64,000 nucleotides of DNA from Octopus sinensis (lineage: Eukaryota). Within the stretch, counting starts at the first letter, position 1. Each line of letters starts with the position of its first letter. Location: assembly GCF_006345805.1 (NCBI RefSeq), contig NC_043008.1, forward strand, positions 6,944,001-7,008,000, written 5' to 3'. The translations under genes were made by a program, and so were the position numbers. The notes beneath the pieces are model-generated. The model did not search any database. It was not told the DNA's origin and saw nothing but the letters and a program-made list of their open reading frames with translations. Positions 28,056-40,110 of the stretch are shown one piece after another.

Positions 28056-30719
28056 TATGATATTATTATTATTATTGCTATTGTTTCTGCTGCTGTTGTT
28101 TTTGTCGTTGCAGTTGTTGTTGTTGTCGTGGTCGACATCGTTGTTGTTATTCATTGCTCTCAATGAGCATGGTGTAGACACTGTGTAAGCTTTTGGTTTT
28201 GCTTTCCTTTCTGGAAGCTTCTATTTGCTAGTTTTATTGTTAAATCTTGTTAAGTCGGCCAGAAATGTAAGAAACTGGTTGACTCCCCTCTGTTACACAC
28301 ACACACACCACGGGTCACAACATTGCAAAAAGTCAACTTGTTCAAATCTGAACTAAATATATTTCCAAACAGGTTTCCACGCCATCGTCTTTGACAGACG
28401 ACCAGCGAGAGAGAAAAATGGCGGTGGTGGTGGAGTTGAAGGTGAACCTGTCGCTCGCAGTCAAAACATTTCACTACGCAGTTCCATCACCGTAGCAATG
28501 ACAAGTTCGAACAACAACAATATCATTAACAACAACATAGACACACACACACACACACATACAAACACAATTCGTTTGTGCTTGGTTGATTCTTTATATA
28601 TCTGTATGTGTATGTTTTGTATGTGTTTGCTTACGTATATGACATCAATGTTAGTCTGCTTATATGAGAATGTGTGTCTGTGTGTCCTGTTGTATCTATT
28701 ATACTTACACGTAAAACAGAATCTTATTCATCTCAACTCTAAATATGTAATATTGTGCGTATCAAACTTGTCTTCTGTCTTCATAATTCCATAGAATAGG
28801 TCTAACTATAATAGTCAAAGTCTTGGAGGAAAAAGAAGCACATCATTGTTAAATGAAGAATCTAACAGAAATGATTTAAACAATCAATATTCAGTTAATT
28901 TAATTAACTTAAATTAATTTTCTTAAAGGGAAATAACCAAATTCTCTTAATTTGTTTTAACTATCACGTGACCCATCTATATTTTAGTGACAATAATAAT
29001 TCAGACGAAAATTGAAACCGGAATTATTCAATGAAAACTTCTAGATATTTACAAGTATATGCTTCTACTAACAAGCGATACGTGAATTTGAAGGCGATTC
29101 ATATTAACAAATATATTCTGTTTTATATAACATCAGATTCCTTTAGTGAGCGAGATTTTACAAGTACTTAAACATGAAATACAGCGGAGCAGCTCCTTTC
29201 AAACTACACAACGTTTCAAGTACATCATACAATTGGTCTGAAAATAGAATAGGAAGATGGCAAAAAACACATGGAGCATGATTCTTCTTTCATTGTTAAT
29301 TAGAACACTCATAAATGGAAATAAATTTGATGAATTGAGGTAAAAAAAAAAATGAATTATTGAAAATTAATTTGTATTTAATGATAGAGAGATCTTTCAG
29401 AGGGTTCTTATGTTTAGAGATGGTTTCAGTTCCTATCAACGTGTTGTTACCATTTTTAAATCCATTAGTTTTGCCGTGAGAAGCAATAAAAGAATGTAGA
29501 AAATAAAGGTGTAAACGCCGAGTTTTGATGAGATCCTTCCTTCTTCAGTTTCGGGGGTTTTGTTCTCAACATGATTCCTCTAATTTGGTTTCGTTCTTTC
29601 ATTTATGGTATTCTTCCTTCTTAGAATTTATCACGTGCAGCATACATAAACTGTATTATAGTCCATGTGTGTGTGTGTGTCAGCGTATATAGCTAAGAGT
29701 GTGTAAATGTCGGAATACGTCTGAGGCAGGACGCACGTATCTATGTATGGATATGGAGTTTTGTGTGAGATCGCATGTGTATGTATATATATATGTATAT
29801 ACATACGTACATACACGCACACACTCAGACACACACATATATATATATATAAACGTATACACAAGCTTATGTGTGTGTGAGTACATATGTAAATATATAC
29901 ATGCATGTTTATGCATGGATCTGCGTGTGATTATTTCTCGAATATTTTTCAATAAAATAAATCAATATTTCATTTAATGCTTAATTGTTCTTTATGTTTT
30001 TTAAAATCCACTTTTGTTTTTTGATTATTTGATTTCTTTCGAAAAAAAAAGTATGGTTTTATATGTGACAACAAAATGTAATAATAGCCGCCGTTTTGAT
30101 TGGCTGACTGGCTTGGCTTGGCTGTGTTGTTACTGCTTCGTATACCATCACTGAAGTTTAATTAGGTCTCATCTCTTATTTCACTCTTTACCGCTTGGTC
30201 CACTTCAAAGTTAGATCAATACTACAAGGAACGTTTATTCGTATTTACTACACGCTTATGTAATTGTGTACATGCAATACACACACATATATACACACAC
30301 ATATATATGTGTGTGTCTATGCGTCGGAGTTTTCATATGCAAAGGTTTTGCTATTTCATATTTTTCCCGTTTTCTTTCTAAATTTATTTCTTCTCTTTTC
30401 TTTTCTGTTTTTTTTTTTTCATTTTCTCTTCTTTTCTAGAATTTTCTTAATCTTTACACTTTATTTTTATACACACACACATATATATATATAGATAACT
30501 TCATAAGGGCAAAAGAAAACATTCCTATGCCAAATATGCTGAGAATAGACTTTAAATCGTCAATAACCACATAATTCATCATTATAAGCATGCGTCTGGA
30601 AGCAAGCTGACAGAAATTTCTAAAAATTTGTTTATAATTTTCACCTTAAAAGGTATTTCTTAATATGCTGGCCACTGATAAAATTTTTCGAAAATTTTTG
30701 TTAGCCACTACACACATTT

Positions 30720-30870
30720 TTTTCTCTCCTTGTTTTTTTCTGTGTATCTTTCTGTAAAAGAGCGTAGGCTCGAAACGTAAAACACTTTTTCTATTCCTGA
30801 GCGTTATACTAATACATCTGTTTGTTTTGTACACCACCTGTCTTCATCTTTTGTTTTTTTCGTAAACTCT

Positions 30871-30873
<3 letters not shown>
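30720..30873 (+). mobile_element. Short pLTR-like repeat with a degenerate minimal hammerhead; related copy at 37210-37358 (-)
   Basis: TTT-CTGTAAA/CTGTCGA-A-GAGC GTAG GCTC-GAAACGTA-AA. The downstream CTAATACATCTGTTTG...CACCTGTCTT is shared by both copies. It abuts (TA)n. Confidence 0.55.
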
Positions 30874-30917
<44 letters not shown>

Positions 30918-32221
30918 GCCCGTGTGAGGTGTGTGAGTTGGCAGTCACCAAATATTCACTTGAAATCGCCTCTTGGATTGTCTTACCATTGCGAACAGCA
31001 ACTATTGATATTAAGTCATGAAGACGGGCAATTCTTTACGAAGGAAATGGTGTTAAAGGCTGTTATACGGTTGATAGGTGAAATACAAAAGTTATTTGCG
31101 AATGGAAGCGGCTTTAAACCGAATCGAAAGTCATTTACCTGATGTGTTTGTGCTATACAACGCAGGCAGGTTGTTACCTGGTTAGAGTCCTCGGCACCTG
31201 CCAATAGTTACATTGGTTTGAAAGCAGAAGTTTGTTGTATGGAAGGATTGACAGGGGAAACGAAGAGGGAGCAGTGAAGGAAGGTAGAGATGACGATGAT
31301 GATGATGTTGGCGACTACGATGATGATCACTATGATGAAGTTGAGGGTGGTAGTAGTGGTGTTGGAAGTGGTAAGGATGATGATGGTGATGGTGATAATA
31401 GTGATGACGATGATGATGATGATGATGATGACCATGATGATGATGATGTGAACAATTGTAATAACAGCCGTGCTAGTGGTAGCGGTAAGTGAATTTGGTG
31501 CGATGAAATTACAAAAGAACTGGAGACTGAAATTTGTTACGGAAAAGGTTGTAGCAGAATGTTCAAAAAAATGTACGCGAGAGAAAGAGAGAGAAAAAGA
31601 GAGACAGAAAGAGAAAGAGACAGACAGACAGAGAGAAGATGTTTACCACAAATCACAGTCCCCCTCCACCCCGACCACCACTGCCACCCTCATCACCATT
31701 CTTCATTTTATCATGTTATCTGTGATCTTATTTTTAGGTTTTCTACCTCGACCCACATCTCGGCTGTGATGTCTGTCTCTCTCTCTCTCTCTGTGTCTCT
31801 CTCTCTGTGTCTCTCTATCTCTGTGTCTCTCTCTCTCTGTCTCTCTTTCTGTCTTTCCCTGTCTCTCTCTGTCTCTCGCTCTAGCACTGTCTACATTCCA
31901 TGAAACATCTACCTTTCTCTGCCTGTTAGTCTGTCTTTCTGTCTGTCCATCTGCCACTATCTTCCTTTTATCTTCCTCTCCCTCTCCCTCTCCTTCACTA
32001 TTCTTTCTCCCCTGCCCCCTCTCTCGCGTTGTTGTGTACGTTATATGTATGTGTGTGTGTCTATACATACATACATACATATACATATAACATATATACA
32101 TACACACATGTATGTATATAAAAACACATCACTCATTTATATCCGTGTGTGTATATGTAATCGCATGCGTACTTATATATACTTATATACTTAAATATAT
32201 ATATGTATAGGTATATGCGTG

Positions 32222-32253
<32 letters not shown>

Positions 32254-32280
32254 TACTCGTGTGTGTGTATATATATATAC

Positions 32281-32326
<46 letters not shown>

Positions 32327-33216
32327 GTATATGTGTGCATGTATGTACACGTACAGATACATATCATATGGGGTAGTTTTGAAAAGTGGACCATTTATCT
32401 GGTTGTCTGTATAACAAAGTATTCCTGTCTATTTACGTGTCTGTCTGTGAGTCTGGTTCTGTATATTCCGCTGTGTCTGCTGCTCTACATTTCAGATTTT
32501 TTGTTTCCCTGCTAACAAGATATCTTACCTTTTGGCTGCCTCTGTGTGTCTGCCTCTAAGTCGGTCTGCCTCTATTTCTGCCTGCCTTCCTGCCTGTCTG
32601 TCAGTCACTATCTGTCTCTTAGTCTGAATGTCTGTCTGTCTGTCTATCTGCATGTGTGTCTGGTTGTCAAGTATATATATATTTATACAAGTCGGTGAAC
32701 TGCCAGAGTCGGGAGAGCATCGAATGGGTTGTTTTGTTGTTTTGCCGTGTTATTCCCAGCCTAATGTGTTCTCAGTTCAAATTCGCAATGACACCAACTA
32801 AGACTTCCATGATTTCGGAGGTCGACAGATAAAGTACAAGCACCTGAGTCGACGAACTGTCCTTGTCTGTTTCTGTCTGTTTGTCTCTGTTTCTGCCTGT
32901 CTCTCTTTTTCTTTCGATTGGTTTCAGCGAAAGGCCAAAGACAGGAGCATTCATTCGGGACCACACCGTGATGTCCATAAGACAAAAACAAAAGCTGTAT
33001 TTGTACCTGTCAATCATTTCATATCGATGAATATGATAAACATTATCCACCCACCCATCCATCCATCTACCTACGTACCTGCATGTCTGTCTGTCTGCCT
33101 TTCTGTCTGTGTATCTAATCTAATCTATTTACGTGCCAACCTGTGTCTCCATCCCTCTCTATATATAATTTATGTATGCATGTATGTATATAAATATTGG
33201 TATTTGGTATTTGGTG

Positions 33217-33253
<37 letters not shown>

Positions 33254-33879
33254 ATTTATGTATATATAGATATAGTATTGGTATTTGGTGTATATATATA
33301 CAGAACTGGCATTTTATACACCCATATATATGTGTATATATATACATTAATGTATACAGACACATAGATACAGTAACACGTATACGTACACACACACACA
33401 CACACCTATCCATACACCCAGTCTGTCTCTCTCCCTGCTTGTTGACCGAATTTCAAAGACATCCATCTGCGTACCTAGAACTTTTGTCCTCCATCACCGC
33501 CGCCGCCGACGCTGCCGCCATCATCATCATCATCACCACCATCATCATCAGCATCCTCATCATTAATATTCATATCTATGCTGATATCGCTCTCCAGTAA
33601 ACCCTTGCTTTTGCCGGATATTCTCATTTTCCCTTTCTCCCCAACATTTCTCCACGCGTCTGTCTGTCCGTCTCCTTCTTCTTCTTCTTCTTCTTCTTCT
33701 TCTTCTTTCTTCTTCTTCTTCTTCTGTCTCTCGCCCTGTCTCTCTCTCTCTCTCTCTCGTCTCATAACTCATCTTCTTCAGACATTTCCACCCCAATCGC
33801 TGCCCGTCCCTCCCCCACATCACTCTTCATATTTCTGTTGTCTTTCTAAGTCTGACCAAATCTTTTAAGTAAAATAATA

Positions 33880-34530
33880 ACATTTGAACAACAACAACAA
33901 CAACAACAACCACCACGACGACGACGACGACGACAACGACGTCTGTGATGACGACAGTAATAAGAAGAACAAGATTATCATCGAGGATAACAACATCAGC
34001 GACAACAGTATCAACATCAACAAGAACTAAAAAGCAACAAGACCAGAAGATACGAAAACAAGAACAACACTCCGACCACAACCAACACCACCACCAACAC
34101 CACCACCATCATCATCATCATCATCGTCACCACCACTATAATCATCATCACCATCATCATCATCGTTATAATTACTACCACCACCACCATCATCATCATC
34201 ATCACCATCATCACCACTATCATCATCATCACCATCATCATCATCGTCATCATTACTACCACCACCACTACCACCATCATCATCATCATCATCACCGCCA
34301 CCACCACCACCACCATCATCATCACCATCATCCTCACCATCATCATCATCATCATCACCACCACCATCATCCTCCCCATCATCATCATCACCACCACCAC
34401 CATCATCATCATCGCCGTCATCATTACCACCACCACCACCATCAGTAAGAAAGAAAAACAACGATAACAACAACAACAACACGATCATCATCAGCAACAA
34501 CAACAACAACGTCAAAACATCAAACAGTAA
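33880..34530. repeat. (CAT/CAC/CAA)n trinucleotide microsatellite
   Basis: Directly visible; it produces the spurious poly-His and poly-Asp/Gly ORFs. Confidence 0.9.
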
Positions 34531-34782
34531 CAACGATTCCCTTTCCTCTCCCACTTAAAAATGAAACAAAAATAAAGTGTAAAGATTAGGAAAATTCTAG
34601 AAAAGAAGAGAAAATGAAAAAAAAAACAGAAAAGAAAAGAGAAGAAATAAATTTAGAAAGAAAACGGGAAAAATATGAAATAGCAAAACCTTTGCATATG
34701 AAAACTCCGACGCATAGACACACACATATTATACACAGACATACAGATATACATACTAATACATACACACACAGACACACAG

Positions 34783-34859
<77 letters not shown>

Positions 34860-34986
34860 CACACGTGTATATATATATATATACATATATCCACATACAT
34901 ACACACAGACATACATATTTATACATACACACAGAATACACACACACACATATATATACAAACATATACATACACAGACCTACACA

Positions 34987-35025
<39 letters not shown>

Positions 35026-35574
35026 CAGACATACACACAGACATATATACATATATATACATACATACACACAGACATATATACATATATATATACATAC
35101 ATACAAACATACACACAGACATCTATATGCATATATACATACATATATATATATATACATGTATAAATCCATACACACACATATATATATATATACATTC
35201 GTATACATACACACACAAATATGTATGTATATATATATCTGTGTGTGTGTATAAATATACAGACTCATCTGTACGTCTGCACTAACACATGTACCTACAC
35301 AACGTGAGAGGAGTAACAAAAGAAAAAAAAAATAGCAAACGATTTCTAGAAACTAAACTCACATCCACACACACACACACACTTCTATACAAACACACGC
35401 ATCCACAGAAAAACACGCATACGCATACATACATTCCGACGCATGCGCACCCAAAACTAATAAAAACAATAGAATAAAAACTATTTGTTTCCGGTGTCCT
35501 ATTGCACTGCAGTACAATTCTTCGGTATGGCAATATCTTGTTGGTGAAACACGCACACACACACACGTACTTAC

Positions 35575-35609
<35 letters not shown>

Positions 35610-35617
35610 AACACACG

Positions 35618-35649
<32 letters not shown>

Positions 35650-37449
35650 CGCGCATATTTGAATATATATGCGTGTGATAGTTTATAATACAAGCATGCT
35701 TGCATACATATAGACACACACGTGTACGCACTCTCACACACAGTCACACATTCATGCACGCGTACTTACTAACACATACACACACACACACGCACACACA
35801 TATATATATATATACAGACACACACACATATATATATATACGTGCATATTTCTATGTATGTGTATATGTGTATATATATATGTGTGTGAGAGCTTATAGT
35901 ACAAGCATGCTTGCATACACATAAATCGACAAGAATGTACACACACATACACACGCATATACACATGCACACACAAACTGATACAGACATACATACACAC
36001 ACTCACACTCTGTAACCAATTATTTCTTATTACTTACTGCTTCGTCGGTCTTAGCTAGGGGCTTTTCTATGAATGCGTGTGAAAATTGTGCGTAATGTGT
36101 GTATGTATGTGTGTATATATGTATGAACGTGCACATACATACACATGCATACACACGCACACACATTCACATATGTGGTGGAGTGTATATGTTTGAGAAT
36201 TCATAATGTAGTTGTAAAAAATGCATATGTGCCCACTCGTACACACATGCCTACATACATATATACATATCAAGTGTTCTGTTACTATATGTGTGTGAGT
36301 ATAAGTACGCGAACAAATGACTATATCTGTGTGTCTGTCTATATCAGTGTTATAGGTATGTGTATATTATATGTGTCTACTTTCATAACTGTGTGTATGT
36401 ATGTATGTATCTTCTTCGATATAAATGTGTGCGTTTGTGTGTGTATATATATGTGCGTGTGTATTGTTTTATGCGTGCATATATGTATCTCCTCTGTGTA
36501 TGGGTGTGAGTTTCTTTTGAACGCGTTTGTTCCTTCTGTTTTATTTGCTTCTTTGTTTCTTGTTCATTTAAACATCTTGCATCTTTCCACATTTTTTCTG
36601 TCCTTCCACCTTTTCTACATCATTCTTTTTTTTTCTTTCCCAACTCCTTTCTCCACCACCTTCCCCCTCCTCCTCCTCCTCTTTCTCCTCCCCTTCCTCC
36701 TCATTCTTTCTTTCCTGTTGATATTTCTTTCCTTTCACTGCCTTATTTCTCCTTTTGTTTTATCGTATTTCGTTTCGTAATCTCTCGTTCAGCTTATCTC
36801 TCATACTACTTTTAGTTGATTCATTACTCATTCTGTTTTTCTTCTCTACCATATTCCTTCATCTTCATTCTCTTATGCTTCTGACAATTTTTACATCAAT
36901 CACACTTTCTATCCACATACGTACATACAAACATACATACATACATACATACATACATACATACATACATACTACATACATACATACATACAGCAATAAA
37001 TTCATACTAGCACACATATATGGTGACCATGCTCATCAGTCCGAGATAGAGACGTAAACAATTGGCGCTTATACGAAGGCAACATATGAACTATAGAGTG
37101 CGTGTAAGATTAAATTGAAACATTTCTACTCAAGTATCTATACAGTAAAGTACATTATATATATATATGTAGAGAGAGAGAGAGAGAGAGAAAGAAAGAG
37201 AGAGAGAGAATTTACAAAAAAAAAACAAAAGACAAAGACAGGTGTATAAACAACAAACAGATGTATTAGTTTAACACTCGGAAATTGAGGAAGTCGTTTA
37301 CGTTTCGAGCCTACGCTCTTCGACAGAAAGGAACACAGAAATAAACAGGGAGAGAAAACAGAATATATATATATATATATATAAAGACTTAAAGGTAATG
37401 CTATGCCACTTCGTAATAATCTTTAGTATTATTAATAAGGTGGTTGATA

Positions 37450-37883
37450 AACTTAATCCAAACATGAAAACACAAAGAGAAAACACAACAACGCGAGAAC
37501 GTGGAACAAATATAGTATTATTGGACGCTCAGGAAAGGAAAGAAAGAAGGAGGATTTAACGTTTCGAGCGGAGCTCTTCGTCAGAAACATAGAAAAAAGG
37601 AAAAGGCGGTGAGCTGGCAGAAAACGTTAGCACGCTGGGTGAAATGCTTAGCGTTATTTCGTCTGTCGTTATGTTCTGAGTTCAAATTCCACCGAGGACG
37701 ACTTTGCCTTTCATCCTTTCGGGGTCGATAAATTAAGTTCCAGTTACACACTGGGGTCGATCTAATCGACTTAATCCCTTTGTCTGTCCTCTCTGTGTCT
37801 AGCCCCATGTGGGTAATAAAGAAATAAGAAACATAGGAAAAGGAACGATTTAAGGAATGGATGACGGAGGAAAAAATCGCCAA

Positions 37884-37886
<3 letters not shown>
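37450..37886 (-). mobile_element. pLTR-like repeat with a minimal hammerhead (37554-37588), interrupted by a SINE; family copies at 56040-56236 (-) and 59400-59600 (+)
   Basis: Minus strand: GTTT-CTGACGA-A-GAGC TCC GCTC-GAAACGTT-AAAT. The copy at 59460 reads GTTT-CTGAAGA-A-GAGC TTT ACTC-GAAACGTA-AAAC. All copies are next to (TA)n. Confidence 0.7.
37604..37828 (+). mobile_element. SINE family A nested in the pLTR-like repeat
   Basis: Full head/core/tail. TSD-like GAAACATAGAAAAAAGGAA / GAAACATAGGAAAAGGAA. Confidence 0.85.
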
Positions 37887-37937
<51 letters not shown>

Positions 37938-38429
37938 GCCCTGTCGTAGTAATGTGTTCATTTCGATACAGTTCTAATAAGCAAACAATTTAAAAGGAAA
38001 GAAAATATGTAAAATTTAATCGTAGCAAAAGTTCGTCGGAGCTTTTAAAAATCGACATCGCATCATCTGATATTGAATATATAATGAGAAAGTGAAAAAT
38101 CAAAAATAGTTATGGGTAAACACATTAATCTTCCTTCTACGTCCTAATCGCGACCACATCTACGCTATACACTGGGATTATGAACTTAATAAACAGTCGA
38201 ATGAATTGTACGCTCACTCTGAACCGAAACGCTTTGGATTTATGAAAAAAACTAAAGATAAGTTTGTCGGACGTTAAAACAAACGGAATGAGATGTTAGT
38301 GCAAAACATCTAAAGCACATCTTGAAAAGAAAACCGATAGAGTTAACTCGATCGACATGTTTAACATACAACGTCATCAAGTAACAACAGCAAGAACAAC
38401 AATATCGATTTCGGCAATGTACACATGCA

Positions 38430-38471
38430 CAGTAGTAGTAGTAGTAGTAGTAGTATAGTAGTAGTAGTAGT

Positions 38472-38503
<32 letters not shown>

Positions 38504-38574
38504 TAGTAATAATAGTAGTAGTTGTAGTAATAGTAGTAGTAGTAGTAGTAGTAGTAGTATAGTAGTAGTAGTAA

Positions 38575-38635
<61 letters not shown>
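38430..38635. repeat. (TAG/CAG)n microsatellite
   Basis: Directly visible. Confidence 0.95.
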
Positions 38636-38639
<4 letters not shown>

Positions 38640-39165
38640 CGTGCCAACTTCTCCCACGCTAAACCATCACAGAACATCCATTAACAACACGAAGGGCAGC
38701 ATCAATGGCAACTGTGAACTTAGAGTTACACAGAAATAGTCGGCCTGCTAGAGAACAAAAACAGTGAAATGATAATGAAAGCTTCTTTGAATAAACAGAG
38801 GAACATCAAATTATTTTTAATTCTCTAAAAACTGTGTGGGAAGATATACAGCAGCAGGTTTGAAGTATATTTTTATAATAGGACATTTAAAACAAGCATG
38901 AAAAAGATAAAAAAAAGCCTTTTAAATTAGAACTGTGAGTAGTAAAGTGTTTAACGTTTATTAAATTCGAACCCACATCCGAGAGCCTTGATATATGTAG
39001 CAGTAATAACAAAGCAAACCCACCGCACGGAGCGGGAGCTGCACAAGAAAGAGAGCGGGAAACACTCCGAATCGGGATGGTTTGACTATCTGAAAAATAA
39101 AATCCTTTTTTATGTTTATATATTTGTTTTGCAAGATTTTTGATGTGAAATCGTGTGTTGAAACA

Positions 39166-39394
39166 GATATTGTTGTATTTAGGAATGGTCATTTTGCCAG
39201 TTTAGCCAATAAAAAGAAGAAATCAAGGACCACTAATGAGGTCACAGAAGTGTGACGAAAGAACTCTGGCCGAAATAAGATTAAGATTAATGTAAAAAAT
39301 AAATAACGCTGAAGCAAAGTAACACTAAATATATAGTGCGTGTGTTTTTATTGGCTAAACTGGCAACATGACCATTCCTAAATACAACAAAATC
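39166..39394. mobile_element. Inverted-repeat-bounded pLTR-like element with a hammerhead-like motif (39230-39269, +)
   Basis: Arms 39166-39215 and 39345-39394 are reverse complements. Inside: CCA-CTAATGA-G-GTCAC AGAAGT GTGAC-GAAA-GAAC-TC-TGG. Confidence 0.55.
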
Positions 39395-39689
39395 CTTTGT
39401 CTTTGAAGAATTATCTCGTAGATTATTCTAGTTATGAAGTGCAGTACATAATGAATTGATAAATTATCAGAAATAATTAAAATACTGGGAAACTAGGGAA
39501 GTAAGTTAGGAACTTGAAATCTAAGATCTGACCTTTCAAAATTTATCAGCAGGAATAAGAATTAACAGCTATAGCTGAGAAATTAAAATATCTGTAGAAT
39601 ATAAATGGAAAACACGATTAGATTATTTTCTTGTCTATCGTAAATCAGTGTTTCGTAGATTAAAAAAATATAATAATAATAATAACACT

Positions 39690-40110
39690 GAAAAACATCA
39701 CTTCAACAGAACAAGTTGAAAGCTGCTGGCGATCAATATGAGAAAGAAATGATAAATTCGGCGAAAAAGCTGCATGGATAAGACATATTAGAAGTGAAAC
39801 ATTGCAACTGTATTGAACATCGACGGTGCAGCACCAGAATCAGTCCCGAAGTAAAGAAAGAATAAAAAGAAACGAACAGTAAAGCCGCTGGCCCAAATTT
39901 ATTAATGGATATTGGTTAAACAAGTATCCTATTATCGGTTACAATCAATGACATTGTATGGGAAGAGTATCAGGGTCACGTGGAACATATTCTCAGGGCT
40001 TTCAGCACCCGTCAAAAATCTCAACCCCCTCCCATCATAATAGCCAAACCATAACATCTAAAATTACCGCCAAACAGTCTGTCAAGACATCATATATAAT
40101 ATACGTACTG
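39690..40110 (+). pseudogene. Decayed R4/Dong-like LINE relic (pre-RT and RT start)
   Basis: EQVESCWRSI*ERNDKFGEKAAWIRHI; KAAGPN/INGYWLNKY (cf. WKAPGPDGIxGFWLK); NYRQTVCQDIIYN (cf. NYRPITCL..IYK). Confidence 0.6.

Noticed and set aside
33945-34448. 167-aa His-rich ORF and the antisense Asp/Gly-rich ORF
   Set aside because: This is a pure (CAT/CAC)n microsatellite with no splice or context support.
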